Positions 42,164 to 52,574 of a stretch of 64,000 bases of DNA are shown here, piece after piece (within the stretch, counting starts at the first letter, position 1; the number at the start of each line of letters is the position of its first letter). Source of the DNA: Rickettsiales bacterium (GTDB lineage: Bacteria; Pseudomonadota; Alphaproteobacteria; Rickettsiales; UBA1997); contig CANNFC010000001.1 in assembly GCA_947503755.1 (NCBI GenBank), positions 8,808 to 72,807 of the forward strand, in the 5' to 3' direction. The notes below the pieces were generated by a model. It saw only the letters and a list, made by a program, of their open reading frames with translations. It made no database searches and was not told the DNA's origin. The translations under genes and the position numbers were made by a program.

Positions 42164-42511
42164 TTAAAAAAAGTTTTTGTGGTGTCGAAAAGAAAAAGGC
42201 GAAAATTCAACAAAATCGAATCTTCGTAACAAGTCAGATAAATGAAGGTTTTTGCCTACAAAATAATCGGCGGTAGATTTTATGCGATTAATTTGTTTGA
42301 CAAGCAATATTTGTTCGATGTTGTGTTGTTTAGATCTTGCTTTGACCTCGATAAAAACTAGTTGCTTTTGGTGTAAAGCGATGATGTCTATTTCGCCAGC
42401 AAAACATTTATAGCGGTTGGCTAAAATTTTATAGCCTTGGCAAAATAGCAAAAAAAGACAAATTTTTTCGGCAATAATGCCAAATTTATAGCTATTTTTT
42501 TTCTTGTTCAT
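42164..42511 (-). CDS. yraN: YraN-family (UPF0102) endonuclease-like protein
   Basis: The 115-aa protein has GEIDIIA...LVFIEVKAR, the D...E.K core of the family. Confidence 0.8.
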   Translation of the reverse strand: MNKKKNSYKFGIIAEKICLFLLFCQGYKILANRYKCFAGEIDIIALHQKQLVFIEVKARSKQHNIEQILLVKQINRIKSTADYFVGKNLHLSDLLRRFDFVEFSPFSFRHHKNFF

Positions 42512-43418
42512 TGTTGGTTTTGGTTTGGGTTTGGGTTTGGTGTTGGTGTTGTAAAATTAATTGATAAATCGTTTTTTTGTTGGTATGAAATTTCACAGCC
42601 AATTGAGTGGCTAAATCTTTGCTTGATTTGGCAGAAGGCAAATATAAAGAAATATCTTGCAAAATATCATTTTCGCAATATTGATTTTGGCTAGATTTTT
42701 CGAGTAATAGCACTATTTCGCCCTTGATTTTACTTGGGTTTTCCTGAAGATAAGTTAAGACTTCGCTGATTGTGCCTGTAATAATTTGTTCGTGTATTTT
42801 GGTGAGTTCTTTGGCAACGGCAATTCTTCTGTTGCCAAGAGTTTCAAGCATAATGTTGAGGCTATCTAGCAATCTTTTGGCGGTTTCAAAAAAAATTAAA
42901 CTGAAATTGTTGGGAAATTCTTGCAAAAAAGTGGTTTTTGCTTGGGTTTTTTCGGGTAAAAAGCCTGCAAATAAAAACTGATCGCAAGCAATGCCCGAAA
43001 TAGAAATTGCTGAAACTGCCGAACAACAACCGGGTATGGTGTAGATTGGATAATTTAGTTGTTGTAAAAAACGAATTAGTTTATAGCCGGGGTCAGAAAT
43101 TAGCGGAGTGCCAGCATCAGAAACCAAGGCTACAATTTGTTGATTTTGCAAGAGATCGACAATGTTTTGCCTAGTTTTTTCGTTGCTATGGTCGTTGTAG
43201 GTGATGGTTTTTTTATTTTTGATGCCAAAAAAATTAAGCAAGGTTAAGGTTTTGCTGGTGTCTTCGCACACAATGGTATGGCAATTTTCAAGCACATATA
43301 AAGCACGAAAAGTGATGTCGGCCAAGTTGCCAATTGGGGTAGAAACCACAAACAGACCGCTAGTTAATTGTTGTTGTTGCGAAAAAAGTTGTTGATATAA
43401 TTGTTTAAACATTGCCAC
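42492..43418 (-). CDS. rsmI: 16S rRNA (cytidine1402-2'-O)-methyltransferase RsmI
   Basis: The TP-methylase fold shows GLFVVSTPIGNLADITFRAL, CEDT and SDAGTPLISDPG. The C-terminal QHQHQTQTQTKT tail is encoded by a hexanucleotide repeat. Confidence 0.85.
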   Translation of the reverse strand: MAMFKQLYQQLFSQQQQLTSGLFVVSTPIGNLADITFRALYVLENCHTIVCEDTSKTLTLLNFFGIKNKKTITYNDHSNEKTRQNIVDLLQNQQIVALVSDAGTPLISDPGYKLIRFLQQLNYPIYTIPGCCSAVSAISISGIACDQFLFAGFLPEKTQAKTTFLQEFPNNFSLIFFETAKRLLDSLNIMLETLGNRRIAVAKELTKIHEQIITGTISEVLTYLQENPSKIKGEIVLLLEKSSQNQYCENDILQDISLYLPSAKSSKDLATQLAVKFHTNKKTIYQLILQHQHQTQTQTKTNNEQEKK

Positions 43419-44343
43419 CCGAAATAATTATTAGAAATTTTTGTTGTTGATAATGCTGGTTTTGTGCTAAAAAATCGGCACAGCCCGCCATTGCCAAAGC
43501 AGATGTGTATTCGATATTTTGTTGTAAATACAAAGTGAGTTGTTGTTGCCAAAAAATAATTTTTTCTTCAGAAATTTCTAAAATTTTATGTAATTGTTTT
43601 AGATAAAAAAAACATCGATCAGAAACTTGCAAAGTTCTTGCCCCATCGGCTACGGTGTTGGGCGATTGCTGAAAGCCGATAATTTTATTTTGCTGAACCG
43701 ACAGGCTGGCATCGTTTGCAATGTTTGGCTCGCAACCAATAACTTTTGTTTGTGTGTAAACTTTTTGGCTTGCTAAAAAACAGCCCGAAAGCAAACCGCC
43801 ACCGCCACAGCTGGCAAAAATTGCCTCAAAATTTCGTGCTGTAACGAGGGCATCTTCTAAAATGCAGGTGCCTTGCCCTGCAATAATTTGATCGTTATCG
43901 GATGGATGAAAAAAAACATAACCTTCTTGCTCTTTTTGTTGGCAGGCCAAAATGGCTTCGAGCCTAGTGTTTAGCAAAACCAGATCTGCATTTTGCGATT
44001 TTACTGCTTCTAATTTGCTTGCAGTGCAGTTTGTGGTCATAAAAATTAGGGTGGGAATGCCAAAAGTTTTACCAACCAAAGCCAAAGCATAACCGTGGTT
44101 GCCAGAGCTGTAAGCGACCATTTTTTTAGGAAAAAAACCAAATTTTTCGCGATAGGCAAGCACGGCATTAAAAGCCCCTCTGGCTTTGAAAGAATTGGCT
44201 TTTTGTTGATTTTCCATTTTAAATAAAATGGTGTTTTTGAGTAGTTCGTTTAATTTTTGGCTACTAAATATTGGAGTGTGGTTAATGTAAGGAGCGATGC
44301 GATTTAGAGCTTGTTGAATGCTATCAAAATTAAGATCACTCAT
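43405..44343 (-). CDS. PLP-dependent threonine/serine dehydratase-like enzyme (PALP fold)
   Basis: The PLP-lysine motif [14 protein letters not shown] and the glycine loop CGGGGLLSG are present. The start is placed at MSDLNF (ATG at 44343), 2 nt after the carB-fragment stop. Confidence 0.8.
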   Translation of the reverse strand: MSDLNFDSIQQALNRIAPYINHTPIFSSQKLNELLKNTILFKMENQQKANSFKARGAFNAVLAYREKFGFFPKKMVAYSSGNHGYALALVGKTFGIPTLIFMTTNCTASKLEAVKSQNADLVLLNTRLEAILACQQKEQEGYVFFHPSDNDQIIAGQGTCILEDALVTARNFEAIFASCGGGGLLSGCFLASQKVYTQTKVIGCEPNIANDASLSVQQNKIIGFQQSPNTVADGARTLQVSDRCFFYLKQLHKILEISEEKIIFWQQQLTLYLQQNIEYTSALAMAGCADFLAQNQHYQQQKFLIIISGGNV

Positions 44344-45985
44344 AAGTTGAATAAAAATAAGAAGTAGTAGTGGCAAACTCGGCAGAACAAGAATCGACCC
44401 TTTTATAGATGGGATGAATGTTAAATTGATATCGTAATAGCCTAATCTCTTGCTCAGAAGCATTGCAAAGTTTGGCGATTCGCTTGTCAGAAAAACCTTG
44501 TTTTTTGAGGCTAAATAAATATTGCGGATCGTTTGGAATGCCGTTTCTGCTGATTTGTTTTTCGGTTTGCACTAAATTGTGGATTTGCTCTAAAAACCAA
44601 GGATCGTAATTAGAAATTTGGTTGATTTCTGTGGCGGTTAGGCCTTCGCGAAAGGCTTGGGCGATAACTAACAAACGATTTGAAGCGGGAATTTTTAATT
44701 GTTGTTTGATGATGTGTTGTCTTTGTTCGTGATTGTCGGAGTTAATAAAAACATCTTCTAGGCCACTGAGGTTGTTTTCGAGAGATCGCAAGGCTTTTTG
44801 CAAGCTTTCGGCAAAACATCGGCCAATTGCCATTACTTCGCCTACCGATTTCATTGAGCTTGATAAAACATTGGTGCTACTTTTAAATTTTTCAAAAGTG
44901 AACTTAGGAATTTTGGTGACGATGTAATCTATGGTTGGCTCAAAAGATGCCGGTGTTTTGTGATTGGTGATTTCGTTGCTGATTTCATCTAGAGTAAAAC
45001 CAACCGCCAACTTGGCGGCCACTTTGGCAATAGGAAAGCCAGTTGCTTTTGAGGCGAGGGCGGAAGATCGAGAAACTCGAGGATTCATTTCGATTATGGT
45101 CATTTGCCCGTTTTCTGGATTGACCGCAAACTGCACATTGGCACCGCCTGTTTCAACCCCAATTTCACGAAGCACAGCCAAAGAAGCATTTCGCATATGC
45201 TGATATTCTTTGTCGGTGAGGGTGAGAGCAGGGGCAACGGTGATAGAATCACCAGTGTGCACCCCCATTGGATCTATGTTTTCTATCGAGCAAATAATGA
45301 TGCCGTTATCGTTTTTATCACGTACAACCTCCATTTCGTATTCTTTCCAGCCGATAATTGATTTGTCGATTAACACTTCTTTTACTGGCGAAATAGATAA
45401 ACCATATTGAATAATTTGCAAATATTCTTCGACTGTGTAGGCGACACCGCCACCTGCACCTCCCATAGTAAAGGAAGGGCGAATAATGGCGGGCAAGCCG
45501 ATTTCTGCCAAAGCTTCTTTTGCTTGCTCTAAACTGTTGACTAATTTATTTTTGGGAGTAGATAGGCCGATTTTATCCATTGCTTGTTGAAACAAAGCAC
45601 GATCTTCGGCTTTTTTGATGGCATCGATAGATGCCCCGATAAGCTCAACATTGTGTTTGGCAAGAACCCCCTTTTTAGCTAGTGCCAAGGCACAATTAAG
45701 AGCGGTTTGCCCGCCTACGGTTGGCAACAATGCACAGGGTTTTTCGATTGCAATGATGGTTTCAACAACTTCGGGGGTGATGGGCTCAATATAAGTGCGA
45801 TCGGCAATGTTGTGGTCGGTCATTATGGTGGCGGGATTGGAATTAACCAAAATCACTTTATAACCTTCGTTTCTTAGGGCTTTGCAGGCTTGAGTGCCCG
45901 AATAATCAAATTCGCAAGCCTGCCCAATAACAATTGGCCCTGCACCGATGATGAGTATAGATTTGAGATCTGTTCTTTTTGGCAT
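44336..45985 (-). CDS. carB: Carbamoyl-phosphate synthase large subunit, N-terminal half only (carboxyphosphate and oligomerisation domains)
   Basis: [37 protein letters not shown]... runs to ...[17 protein letters not shown] followed by a stop. This is the boundary where full-length CarB (~1070 aa) continues into its second ATP-grasp half. No carA or second half is adjacent. Confidence 0.8.
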   Translation of the reverse strand: MPKRTDLKSILIIGAGPIVIGQACEFDYSGTQACKALRNEGYKVILVNSNPATIMTDHNIADRTYIEPITPEVVETIIAIEKPCALLPTVGGQTALNCALALAKKGVLAKHNVELIGASIDAIKKAEDRALFQQAMDKIGLSTPKNKLVNSLEQAKEALAEIGLPAIIRPSFTMGGAGGGVAYTVEEYLQIIQYGLSISPVKEVLIDKSIIGWKEYEMEVVRDKNDNGIIICSIENIDPMGVHTGDSITVAPALTLTDKEYQHMRNASLAVLREIGVETGGANVQFAVNPENGQMTIIEMNPRVSRSSALASKATGFPIAKVAAKLAVGFTLDEISNEITNHKTPASFEPTIDYIVTKIPKFTFEKFKSSTNVLSSSMKSVGEVMAIGRCFAESLQKALRSLENNLSGLEDVFINSDNHEQRQHIIKQQLKIPASNRLLVIAQAFREGLTATEINQISNYDPWFLEQIHNLVQTEKQISRNGIPNDPQYLFSLKKQGFSDKRIAKLCNASEQEIRLLRYQFNIHPIYKRVDSCSAEFATTTSYFYSTYE

Positions 45986-46115
45986 AAAATTTGCTTGATA
46001 AGATAATAGCACTGTTTCATGGCGAAATTTGGAATGCAACAGTGCCATAAAAAATTTGCAATAATTTTAGCAATAATTCTTTAAAAAAGCAATATAATTT
46101 TATGGTGAAAAAAAA

Positions 46116-46532
46116 TCATTGTATAAAACAACATTCTTCTTGTTGCATAGGTTGTCCATCAGGTGATTGAAGATTTGTTTGCGGAGAAAGCGGTGTTATT
46201 CCCATTTCATTTTTTATTGCATTTATTAAATTCTCAACTTGAAATTGAGCACCAGCATTTTTAGTTGGATCTGAAGGTTTACTTATGTTTAAAAACTTTT
46301 TTGTATCTAATTTTAATTTTTCAATTGTTTTTGTCGTTTGTGTAGAATCGCTATAAGTTGGACCTAATGAATCTCTCAATGTATCCGTCCAACTAGTAGA
46401 AGGTTGAAAAAGCCGTTGACTTTCTTCTAGAACATACAAATATTGTTCGATAAATTTAGGTTTTATTGCTTTTATTTTATTTAATGATTCTAAAATACTG
46501 TTTATAGATTCTTCTTGTGTTGTTGTAGGCAT
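46116..46532 (-). CDS. Orphan hypothetical protein ending in a CaaX-like box (CCFIQ)
   Basis: The ORF is 138 aa from the ATG at 46532 (the ORF-track TTG extension is discounted). I recognised no motif. The C-terminus is ...QQEECCFIQ followed by a stop. Confidence 0.5.
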   Translation of the reverse strand: MPTTTQEESINSILESLNKIKAIKPKFIEQYLYVLEESQRLFQPSTSWTDTLRDSLGPTYSDSTQTTKTIEKLKLDTKKFLNISKPSDPTKNAGAQFQVENLINAIKNEMGITPLSPQTNLQSPDGQPMQQEECCFIQ

Positions 46533-46694
46533 ATAAATTTTGGTTGTTTTTAATATAAAAAGAAATAGTCTTTTAAAATATTTATAAAACAAAATACAAT
46601 TTTATCTAAAAAACACAAAATATGAAATTGCTTTATGAAATTTATTTTTTCATTTATAATTTTAAATTTCAAGAATTATTGTAGTTTTAGCGAA

Positions 46695-48560
46695 TTATTT
46701 TTTTGATACTTTTTGCTGAAAGAGTAGTCGTAGACTATTAAAAATAGCGATAACATCAATAATTTGTTGCAAAACCGCCCCTTGAGCTGGCGAAATATAG
46801 CCAAAACTTGCCAAAATCATACCAAATAAACTAAATAACATACCGCCAACAGCGCTTTGCAGGGCGATTTTTCGGGTGTCGAGGCTTAAATGTATTAGTT
46901 TATCTACTTTTAATAAATTATTTTCTAAAATTATCGCATTTGCCGATTCTCCTGCAATTTGATTGTGTTTAGCAAAAGCGATAGAAGCGGTTGCCAAAAG
47001 CAGAGCAGGAGCATCGTTGATGCCGTCGCCAACAAATAGTGTTGGTGATTTTTGGCTATAATTTTTGACAATAGCTAATTTTTCTTCTGGCGATTTTTCG
47101 GAATAGCATTTATGAATGCCAAGTTTTGCCCCCAAATAATTCACCTGCTCTCGCTGATCGCCAGAAAGCAAAATAACTTCAGAAAAATTATGTTCTAACC
47201 CTAAATGACTAATAAAAGAGCCGGTTTCGGGCCTTTCGACATCTTCAAAAACTAATATGGCAGAAACTGTGTTGTTGATAATAATTACACATTCTAAACC
47301 GATTTGTTTTGGCGGTAAATTTTGATGATTGGCAAAATTTTTGGCATTATTTCTGTTGGTGATGACAAGATGAAAATTATTAACAATTCCGCTGATGCCA
47401 TAACCAGGTTTTTCGCTTACTTGACTAGCATTGGTTAAAATAATTTTTTGCTCTTTGGCATAGTTTAAAACCGCCGATGCCAAAGGGTGGCGAGAATGTC
47501 TTTCGAGGCTGGCAACTTTTTGAATAATTTGCGATTCGGTGTAGTTGCTGATGTTGGCAATTGTGGTGAGTTTTGGTTCTCCGTAGGTGAGAGTGCCGGT
47601 TTTGTCAAAAATGGCGGTTGTGCAAGTTGGTAAATATTCGAGTATTCTGGCATCTCTAATAATTATTCCTTGTTTTGCGGCTATAGAAATGGCACTAATA
47701 ATGGTTATTGGCACCGCGATTAATAACGGGCAGGGAGTGGCAATGGTAAGAACTGCTAAAAATCTCACTAAATCGGAAGTAAAATAATAGCATAAACCAG
47801 CGATTAACAAAGTGAGAGGCACGAAAAAAACAGCAATTTTGTCGGTGAGTTTTTGCAGATTAGGCTTTTCTTGTTGAGCTTTTTTCATAATGTCAACAAT
47901 TTGGGCATAGCGAGAGTTTTCTGCTAATTTGCTGGCCTTAATAACAATGGTTGATTCGCCATTTATTGAGCCAGAAAGCACTTGCGAACCAGTAGTTTTG
48001 CTGATTTTATAAGGCTCGCCAGTTAAATAAGATTCATCCATATTGCCATAACCCTCAACAACTTCGCCATCAACTGGGGCGGTTTCAAAAGGAAAAATGG
48101 CAATAAGATCGTCAATTTTGATGTCGTTAAGTTTGATATCAAAAAAATTATCTTCTTTTTTAAGATGGGCTAAAGCGGGTATTCTTTGCATTAAATTTTC
48201 GAGAGCAAAAGAAGCTTTATGAGAGGCGAATTCTTCGAGAGCTAAACCGCTTACCAGCATTAATAAAATCAGGGTTGCAGTGAAAGGTTGTTGTAAATAA
48301 ATTGCCAAAATAAAAGCGAGTAAAGCGATGAGATCGGCGGTGAGATTGCCGGTGATTAATTTTTTTAACATTTGCCAAAAAAAAGGCATAAAGCCAACAA
48401 AACTAACAATGTAAAGCAGGATTGTGGAGAATTTTTCTAGATTGTATAAAGAGCAAATTCCATGAAAAACTAGAAGAAATAAAATGGTTAGCAATAATAG
48501 ATGAGGCCATTTTTTGCAATAATTTATAAAAGAAGTGAATTTTGTTTGTTCTTTTTTCAT
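46695..48560 (-). CDS. P1B-type (heavy-metal) P-type ATPase lacking an N-terminal metal-binding domain
   Basis: TGEP, the transmembrane TPCP motif, the phosphorylation site DKTGTLT and the hinge GDGINDAP are present. The start is placed at MKKEQ (ATG at 48560). A TTG at 48575 is an alternative. Confidence 0.85.
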   Translation of the reverse strand: MKKEQTKFTSFINYCKKWPHLLLLTILFLLVFHGICSLYNLEKFSTILLYIVSFVGFMPFFWQMLKKLITGNLTADLIALLAFILAIYLQQPFTATLILLMLVSGLALEEFASHKASFALENLMQRIPALAHLKKEDNFFDIKLNDIKIDDLIAIFPFETAPVDGEVVEGYGNMDESYLTGEPYKISKTTGSQVLSGSINGESTIVIKASKLAENSRYAQIVDIMKKAQQEKPNLQKLTDKIAVFFVPLTLLIAGLCYYFTSDLVRFLAVLTIATPCPLLIAVPITIISAISIAAKQGIIIRDARILEYLPTCTTAIFDKTGTLTYGEPKLTTIANISNYTESQIIQKVASLERHSRHPLASAVLNYAKEQKIILTNASQVSEKPGYGISGIVNNFHLVITNRNNAKNFANHQNLPPKQIGLECVIIINNTVSAILVFEDVERPETGSFISHLGLEHNFSEVILLSGDQREQVNYLGAKLGIHKCYSEKSPEEKLAIVKNYSQKSPTLFVGDGINDAPALLLATASIAFAKHNQIAGESANAIILENNLLKVDKLIHLSLDTRKIALQSAVGGMLFSLFGMILASFGYISPAQGAVLQQIIDVIAIFNSLRLLFQQKVSKK

Positions 48561-48588
48561 AAAATTTGAGACCAATTTAATTTTGTTG

Positions 48589-50070
48589 CTAATTTAACAA
48601 AGAGATGGTGACAGGCAACAGATTATTTTCTTTTTTAATTAAAAAGGTGATGTTTTTTTCGCTAGTTTGAGCGGTTTTAATAATTTTTTGCATTTGAGTA
48701 AAATTAGTGACAATTTGTTGATTAACACTCACCACAATATCGCCAACCGCAATACCTTTGTAATAGGCATCATATCTGGGGTCGACTGCACTTACCACCA
48801 AATAATTGTCGATATTTGTTTTGTTGGTAATTTTTTCTTCAGCAAAACTCATTCCTAAAAGCTTGCCTATGGTTTTTGCAATTGGTTTTATAGTGGTTTT
48901 TTTATCGTCTTCTTTGGGAGTTTTTTCGATAATTAAATTGACAGTTTGAGTTTTGCCATAGCGAAAAATCAGCACTTTAACGATTTTGCCAATGGGTAGT
49001 TTATTTACTACTTTTGGTAGGGTTTTAACATCGGTAATTTCTTGCTCATCGAACTGCAAAATAACATCCGAAGGAATGATGCCCGCCTTGTCTGCAGGAC
49101 CATTTTTTGTGATATCGCTAACGAAAGCACCTTTTAAAGTGTTTAACTTGATAGAATTAGCCAAATCTTGATTTAAATCTTGTGCCATCACACCGATCCA
49201 ACCTCTAACAACTTCGCCTTGCTCTTTGAGTTGCTTGAGAATTTGAAAAGCATTGTTAGAAGGAGTGGCAAAAGCAATGCCAACATTGCCACCAGAAGGA
49301 GAAAAAATAGAAGTGCTGATGCCTACAACTTCGCCCTTGCTGTTAAAAAGAGGGCCACCAGAATTTCCTTTGTTTATAGAAGTGTCTGTTTGCAAATATT
49401 CGTCTGATTGAGAAGAGCTAACATCTCTGCCTCTGGCAGATAATATGCCAAGAGAAACCGAACTGCCAAAACCATAAGGATTGCCAATGGCAATTAACCA
49501 ATCGCCAATTTTTACTCTCGAAGAATCGCCAAAACGAGCAAATTTTAATTCTTTGGTTGGGTTAATTTTTAACAAAGCTAAATCAGATTTGCGATCAAAA
49601 GCCACTAAATTTGCTTTATAAAAAGTTTTGTCTTGCAAGCTAATGCTGATTTCAAGGGCATCTTCGATAACATGATAATTGGTGGCGATGTAGCCATCTT
49701 TAGAAATTAAAAAACCAGAACCAATAGAGATTATTTTTTTCTTATCAATAATTTGTTTGTCTAGTTGTTTTTTTAGCTCTTCAAAAATAGGGGTGGGCGG
49801 AAAGTTGCCTAGCATATTGCTGTCTAACACGATGGAGTTTTGATTTTTAGAGCCCTGAGTGGCAGAAATATTAACGACACTTGGCAATAAATTTTCGATT
49901 AAATCGGCAAAACTAGGAATTAATTGAGATTTGTTTGGAACTTCTTCGAGATTATTAAATTTGTTTTCTGTTTTATTGATTTCTGGCTTGTTAACTTCTT
50001 GTGCAAAAGATTGATTTAGATTGGCAAAAATAAAAAAAGAAAAGAGTAAAAATAATATTTGAAATAACAT
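48589..50070 (-). CDS. htrA: Periplasmic serine endoprotease DegP/HtrA with two PDZ domains
   Basis: A signal peptide and the catalytic TNYHV, D(L)ALLK and GNSGGPL motifs are present. Confidence 0.9.
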   Translation of the reverse strand: MLFQILFLLFSFFIFANLNQSFAQEVNKPEINKTENKFNNLEEVPNKSQLIPSFADLIENLLPSVVNISATQGSKNQNSIVLDSNMLGNFPPTPIFEELKKQLDKQIIDKKKIISIGSGFLISKDGYIATNYHVIEDALEISISLQDKTFYKANLVAFDRKSDLALLKINPTKELKFARFGDSSRVKIGDWLIAIGNPYGFGSSVSLGILSARGRDVSSSQSDEYLQTDTSINKGNSGGPLFNSKGEVVGISTSIFSPSGGNVGIAFATPSNNAFQILKQLKEQGEVVRGWIGVMAQDLNQDLANSIKLNTLKGAFVSDITKNGPADKAGIIPSDVILQFDEQEITDVKTLPKVVNKLPIGKIVKVLIFRYGKTQTVNLIIEKTPKEDDKKTTIKPIAKTIGKLLGMSFAEEKITNKTNIDNYLVVSAVDPRYDAYYKGIAVGDIVVSVNQQIVTNFTQMQKIIKTAQTSEKNITFLIKKENNLLPVTISLLN

Positions 50071-50933
50071 TATTTATTACCAAAGTATTTAAAAAATTCT
50101 CCATCAGAAGAAATTATCATTTTTGTTTTGTTATTTTCGTTTAACATAGATTTTTGATAGGCTTGCATTGAGCGATAAAAATCGGCAAATTCAGGATCTT
50201 TACCAAAAGAAGAGGCATAAATTTTATTAGCTTCCGCTTCTGCTTCACCTCGAACAATATCGGCATCTTTTTTTGCTTCTGCCTCAATGATGGTTTTTTG
50301 TTTATCGGCTTCTGCCCTGATTTTTTGGGCTTCTTGAGCACCTTTTGCTCTGATTTCTTTGGCTTCTTTTTCTCTTTCGGTTTGCATTCGACCATAAATT
50401 GCATCGGAATTTTCTTTTGGTAAATCGGTTCGCATAATGCGTACATCAACAATTTCGATGCCAAAAATTTCTGAAGAACTGCTAACCACATCTTTGATAT
50501 CTTTCATAATGCTACCACGATTTTCGGTGAGAAGCTCGTTTAAAAAAATTTCACCAATTACTTGACGAAGGCTAGAATCAAGAATGCCGGCAAGTTTATT
50601 GGCTAAGCCCTGATTATTGACAACTGTGGTATAAAACTTGACAGGATCAACTATTTTATATTTGGCAAAAGCATTGATAAGCAATCTTTTTTGATCGGAA
50701 GCAATAACTTCTTGCTCGGGCAAGACAAGATCAATAATTCTTTTATCAAAAAAAATAGCATTTTGCACTAAAGGAATTTTATGAGAAATGCCAGCGGTGT
50801 TGACAGTTTTAATGACCTTACCAAACTGTAAAATCAATGCTTGTTTTCTTTGATCGACAATAAAAAAAGTGTTAAAAATCAACAAGAAAAAAGTAAAAAC
50901 AATGGCAGAAATTTTTATTTGCAAACTAGACAT
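50070..50933 (-). CDS. hflC: Protease modulator HflC (SPFH/band 7)
   Basis: The 287-aa protein has an N-terminal TM segment and an SPFH domain. It follows hflK. Confidence 0.85.
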   Translation of the reverse strand: MSSLQIKISAIVFTFFLLIFNTFFIVDQRKQALILQFGKVIKTVNTAGISHKIPLVQNAIFFDKRIIDLVLPEQEVIASDQKRLLINAFAKYKIVDPVKFYTTVVNNQGLANKLAGILDSSLRQVIGEIFLNELLTENRGSIMKDIKDVVSSSSEIFGIEIVDVRIMRTDLPKENSDAIYGRMQTEREKEAKEIRAKGAQEAQKIRAEADKQKTIIEAEAKKDADIVRGEAEAEANKIYASSFGKDPEFADFYRSMQAYQKSMLNENNKTKMIISSDGEFFKYFGNK

Positions 50934-50939
50934 AAAAAG

Positions 50940-52142
50940 CTATTTTTTTAAATTTTGATTATCAAAGAAATATGGCATAACCATATTTTTGCTGATGTTT
51001 TTATCGATATAAATTTTTTCATTTTGGCTGTAGATTTTTTCCATAGTTTCGAGATAAATTCTTTTTTTCGTCACTTGCTTAGACTTAGCATATTGATTAT
51101 AAACCGCTAAAAACCTAGATGCTTCACCTTCTGAATTTGCTACCACTTGTTTGGCATAGGCTTCGGCCTCTTCTTTCATTTGTGATGCCAAGCCCTTGGC
51201 TCTTGGAATGATATCGTTGGCATAGGCCTGAGCTTGATTGATTTCTTTTTCTTTATCGGCTTTGGCGGTTTGCACATCTAAGAAAGAATCTCTTACTTGC
51301 GAAGGCGGATCGACCCTTCTTAGTTGAACCTTAACAATTCTGATGCCAGAAGCATAAGAATTAAGAACTTCTTGTAGTAAGTTTTTGGCATCGTCTTCGA
51401 TTTGTAATTTGCCATCAGAAAGAGCATTGGCAATTGGGTTTCTGGCTATAATTTCTCTCATAGAGCTTTCGGCTGATTGCCTGATTGATTGATAAGGATC
51501 GGCGATATTAAAAACAAAATCTTTGATATCAGAAATTTGCCATTGTATTTGAAATTCTACATCAACAATATTTTCGTCGCCTGTAAGCATTAGGCTTTCG
51601 GCATTAAGATTGCGATTTAGATATTTGTTTTCAAGAGAAGAAAAGCCAAACTCTTCGATGTTGACGGCGGTGACATTTTTTTTGATTAATTGACCAACGG
51701 GATAGGGCAGGTAATAGTTTAGGCCAGGGCTTGCCACTTGTGAAAATTTGCCAAAATATAGCACTACCCCATTTTCGCTTGGGTTGACTTTATAAACACC
51801 AAGCGACAACCAAATAGCAAAAACAGCAATGGCAATGTTGCGATAGTTTGGCTGGTTGTTATGATAAAATTTTTTGATGATTTGTTGTAAAATATCGTCA
51901 AGATTATTAAAAAAGAAGGGATCTTTTGGATTTTTCGGTGGTTTTTGCTGATTATTTTGATTGTTTTGTTTGTTGTTGCTTTGATTATTTTGTGTTGGTT
52001 GTTGATTATTTTTTGGTGGTTGCCATGAGGAACCCCAAGGATCTTGCAAACAAAGTTTTTGCCCCAAAGATTTAAAAAAAACTTTTTTAGTAGCAACAAA
52101 AGCAAGTAAAATATAGGTAAAAAAAGATTTAATAGTAAACAT
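50940..52142 (-). CDS. hflK: Protease modulator HflK (SPFH/band 7)
   Basis: The 400-aa protein has a Q/N-rich N-terminal region, a TM segment, an SPFH domain and a coiled-coil tail. Confidence 0.85.
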   Translation of the reverse strand: MFTIKSFFTYILLAFVATKKVFFKSLGQKLCLQDPWGSSWQPPKNNQQPTQNNQSNNKQNNQNNQQKPPKNPKDPFFFNNLDDILQQIIKKFYHNNQPNYRNIAIAVFAIWLSLGVYKVNPSENGVVLYFGKFSQVASPGLNYYLPYPVGQLIKKNVTAVNIEEFGFSSLENKYLNRNLNAESLMLTGDENIVDVEFQIQWQISDIKDFVFNIADPYQSIRQSAESSMREIIARNPIANALSDGKLQIEDDAKNLLQEVLNSYASGIRIVKVQLRRVDPPSQVRDSFLDVQTAKADKEKEINQAQAYANDIIPRAKGLASQMKEEAEAYAKQVVANSEGEASRFLAVYNQYAKSKQVTKKRIYLETMEKIYSQNEKIYIDKNISKNMVMPYFFDNQNLKK

Positions 52143-52278
52143 TGAGTTGTGATGAATAATTTATAACTAAAAATATCTTAACAAAAAACACTAAAAAAGC
52201 AAGATGTTTTTCTTAATTTTTTCAATATAGTTTTTTAGGGATTTTTCTATGAAAAAATTTATTGATAAAGTAGAAATA

Positions 52279-52564
52279 ATAACATTTCCACTAATTAAAA
52301 CCACACTTCTATCTAAATTCCCCATCCCGTGGAAGGGAAATTTAGATAGAAGTGTGGTGCAAAATTCCCCTTTTTTAGAAAAGGGGTGGCGACCGAAGGT
52401 CGACGGGGTAGTGTCGGCAAGCCACGGTAGGAATTTGACTTGAATTAGCATTTTTCCTTGTTTCACAACACTGCCTTGGTCTTTTTTGCTATCGCAAAAA
52501 AGACACCCCTTCTAAAAAAGGGGAATTTAGATCGAAGTGTGATTTTAATTAGTGGAAATGGTAT
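52279..52564. repeat. Palindromic repeat cluster F: a MITE-like element with 45-bp terminal inverted repeats (42/45 match)
   Basis: The left terminus ataacatttccactaattaaaaccacacttctatctaaattcccc matches the reverse complement of 52520-52564. It contains a mini-palindrome (52301-52357) and an R1 module. Confidence 0.85.
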
Positions 52565-52574
52565 AAAAATTCTA

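Noticed and set aside
42515-42550. A hexanucleotide microsatellite (tggttt x2, gggttt x2, ggtgtt x2) at the 3' end of rsmI, just before the yraN start.
   Set aside because: It is in frame and encodes a Q/H/T low-complexity tail. There is no evidence of a regulatory role, so it is noted only as a possible length-variable tail.
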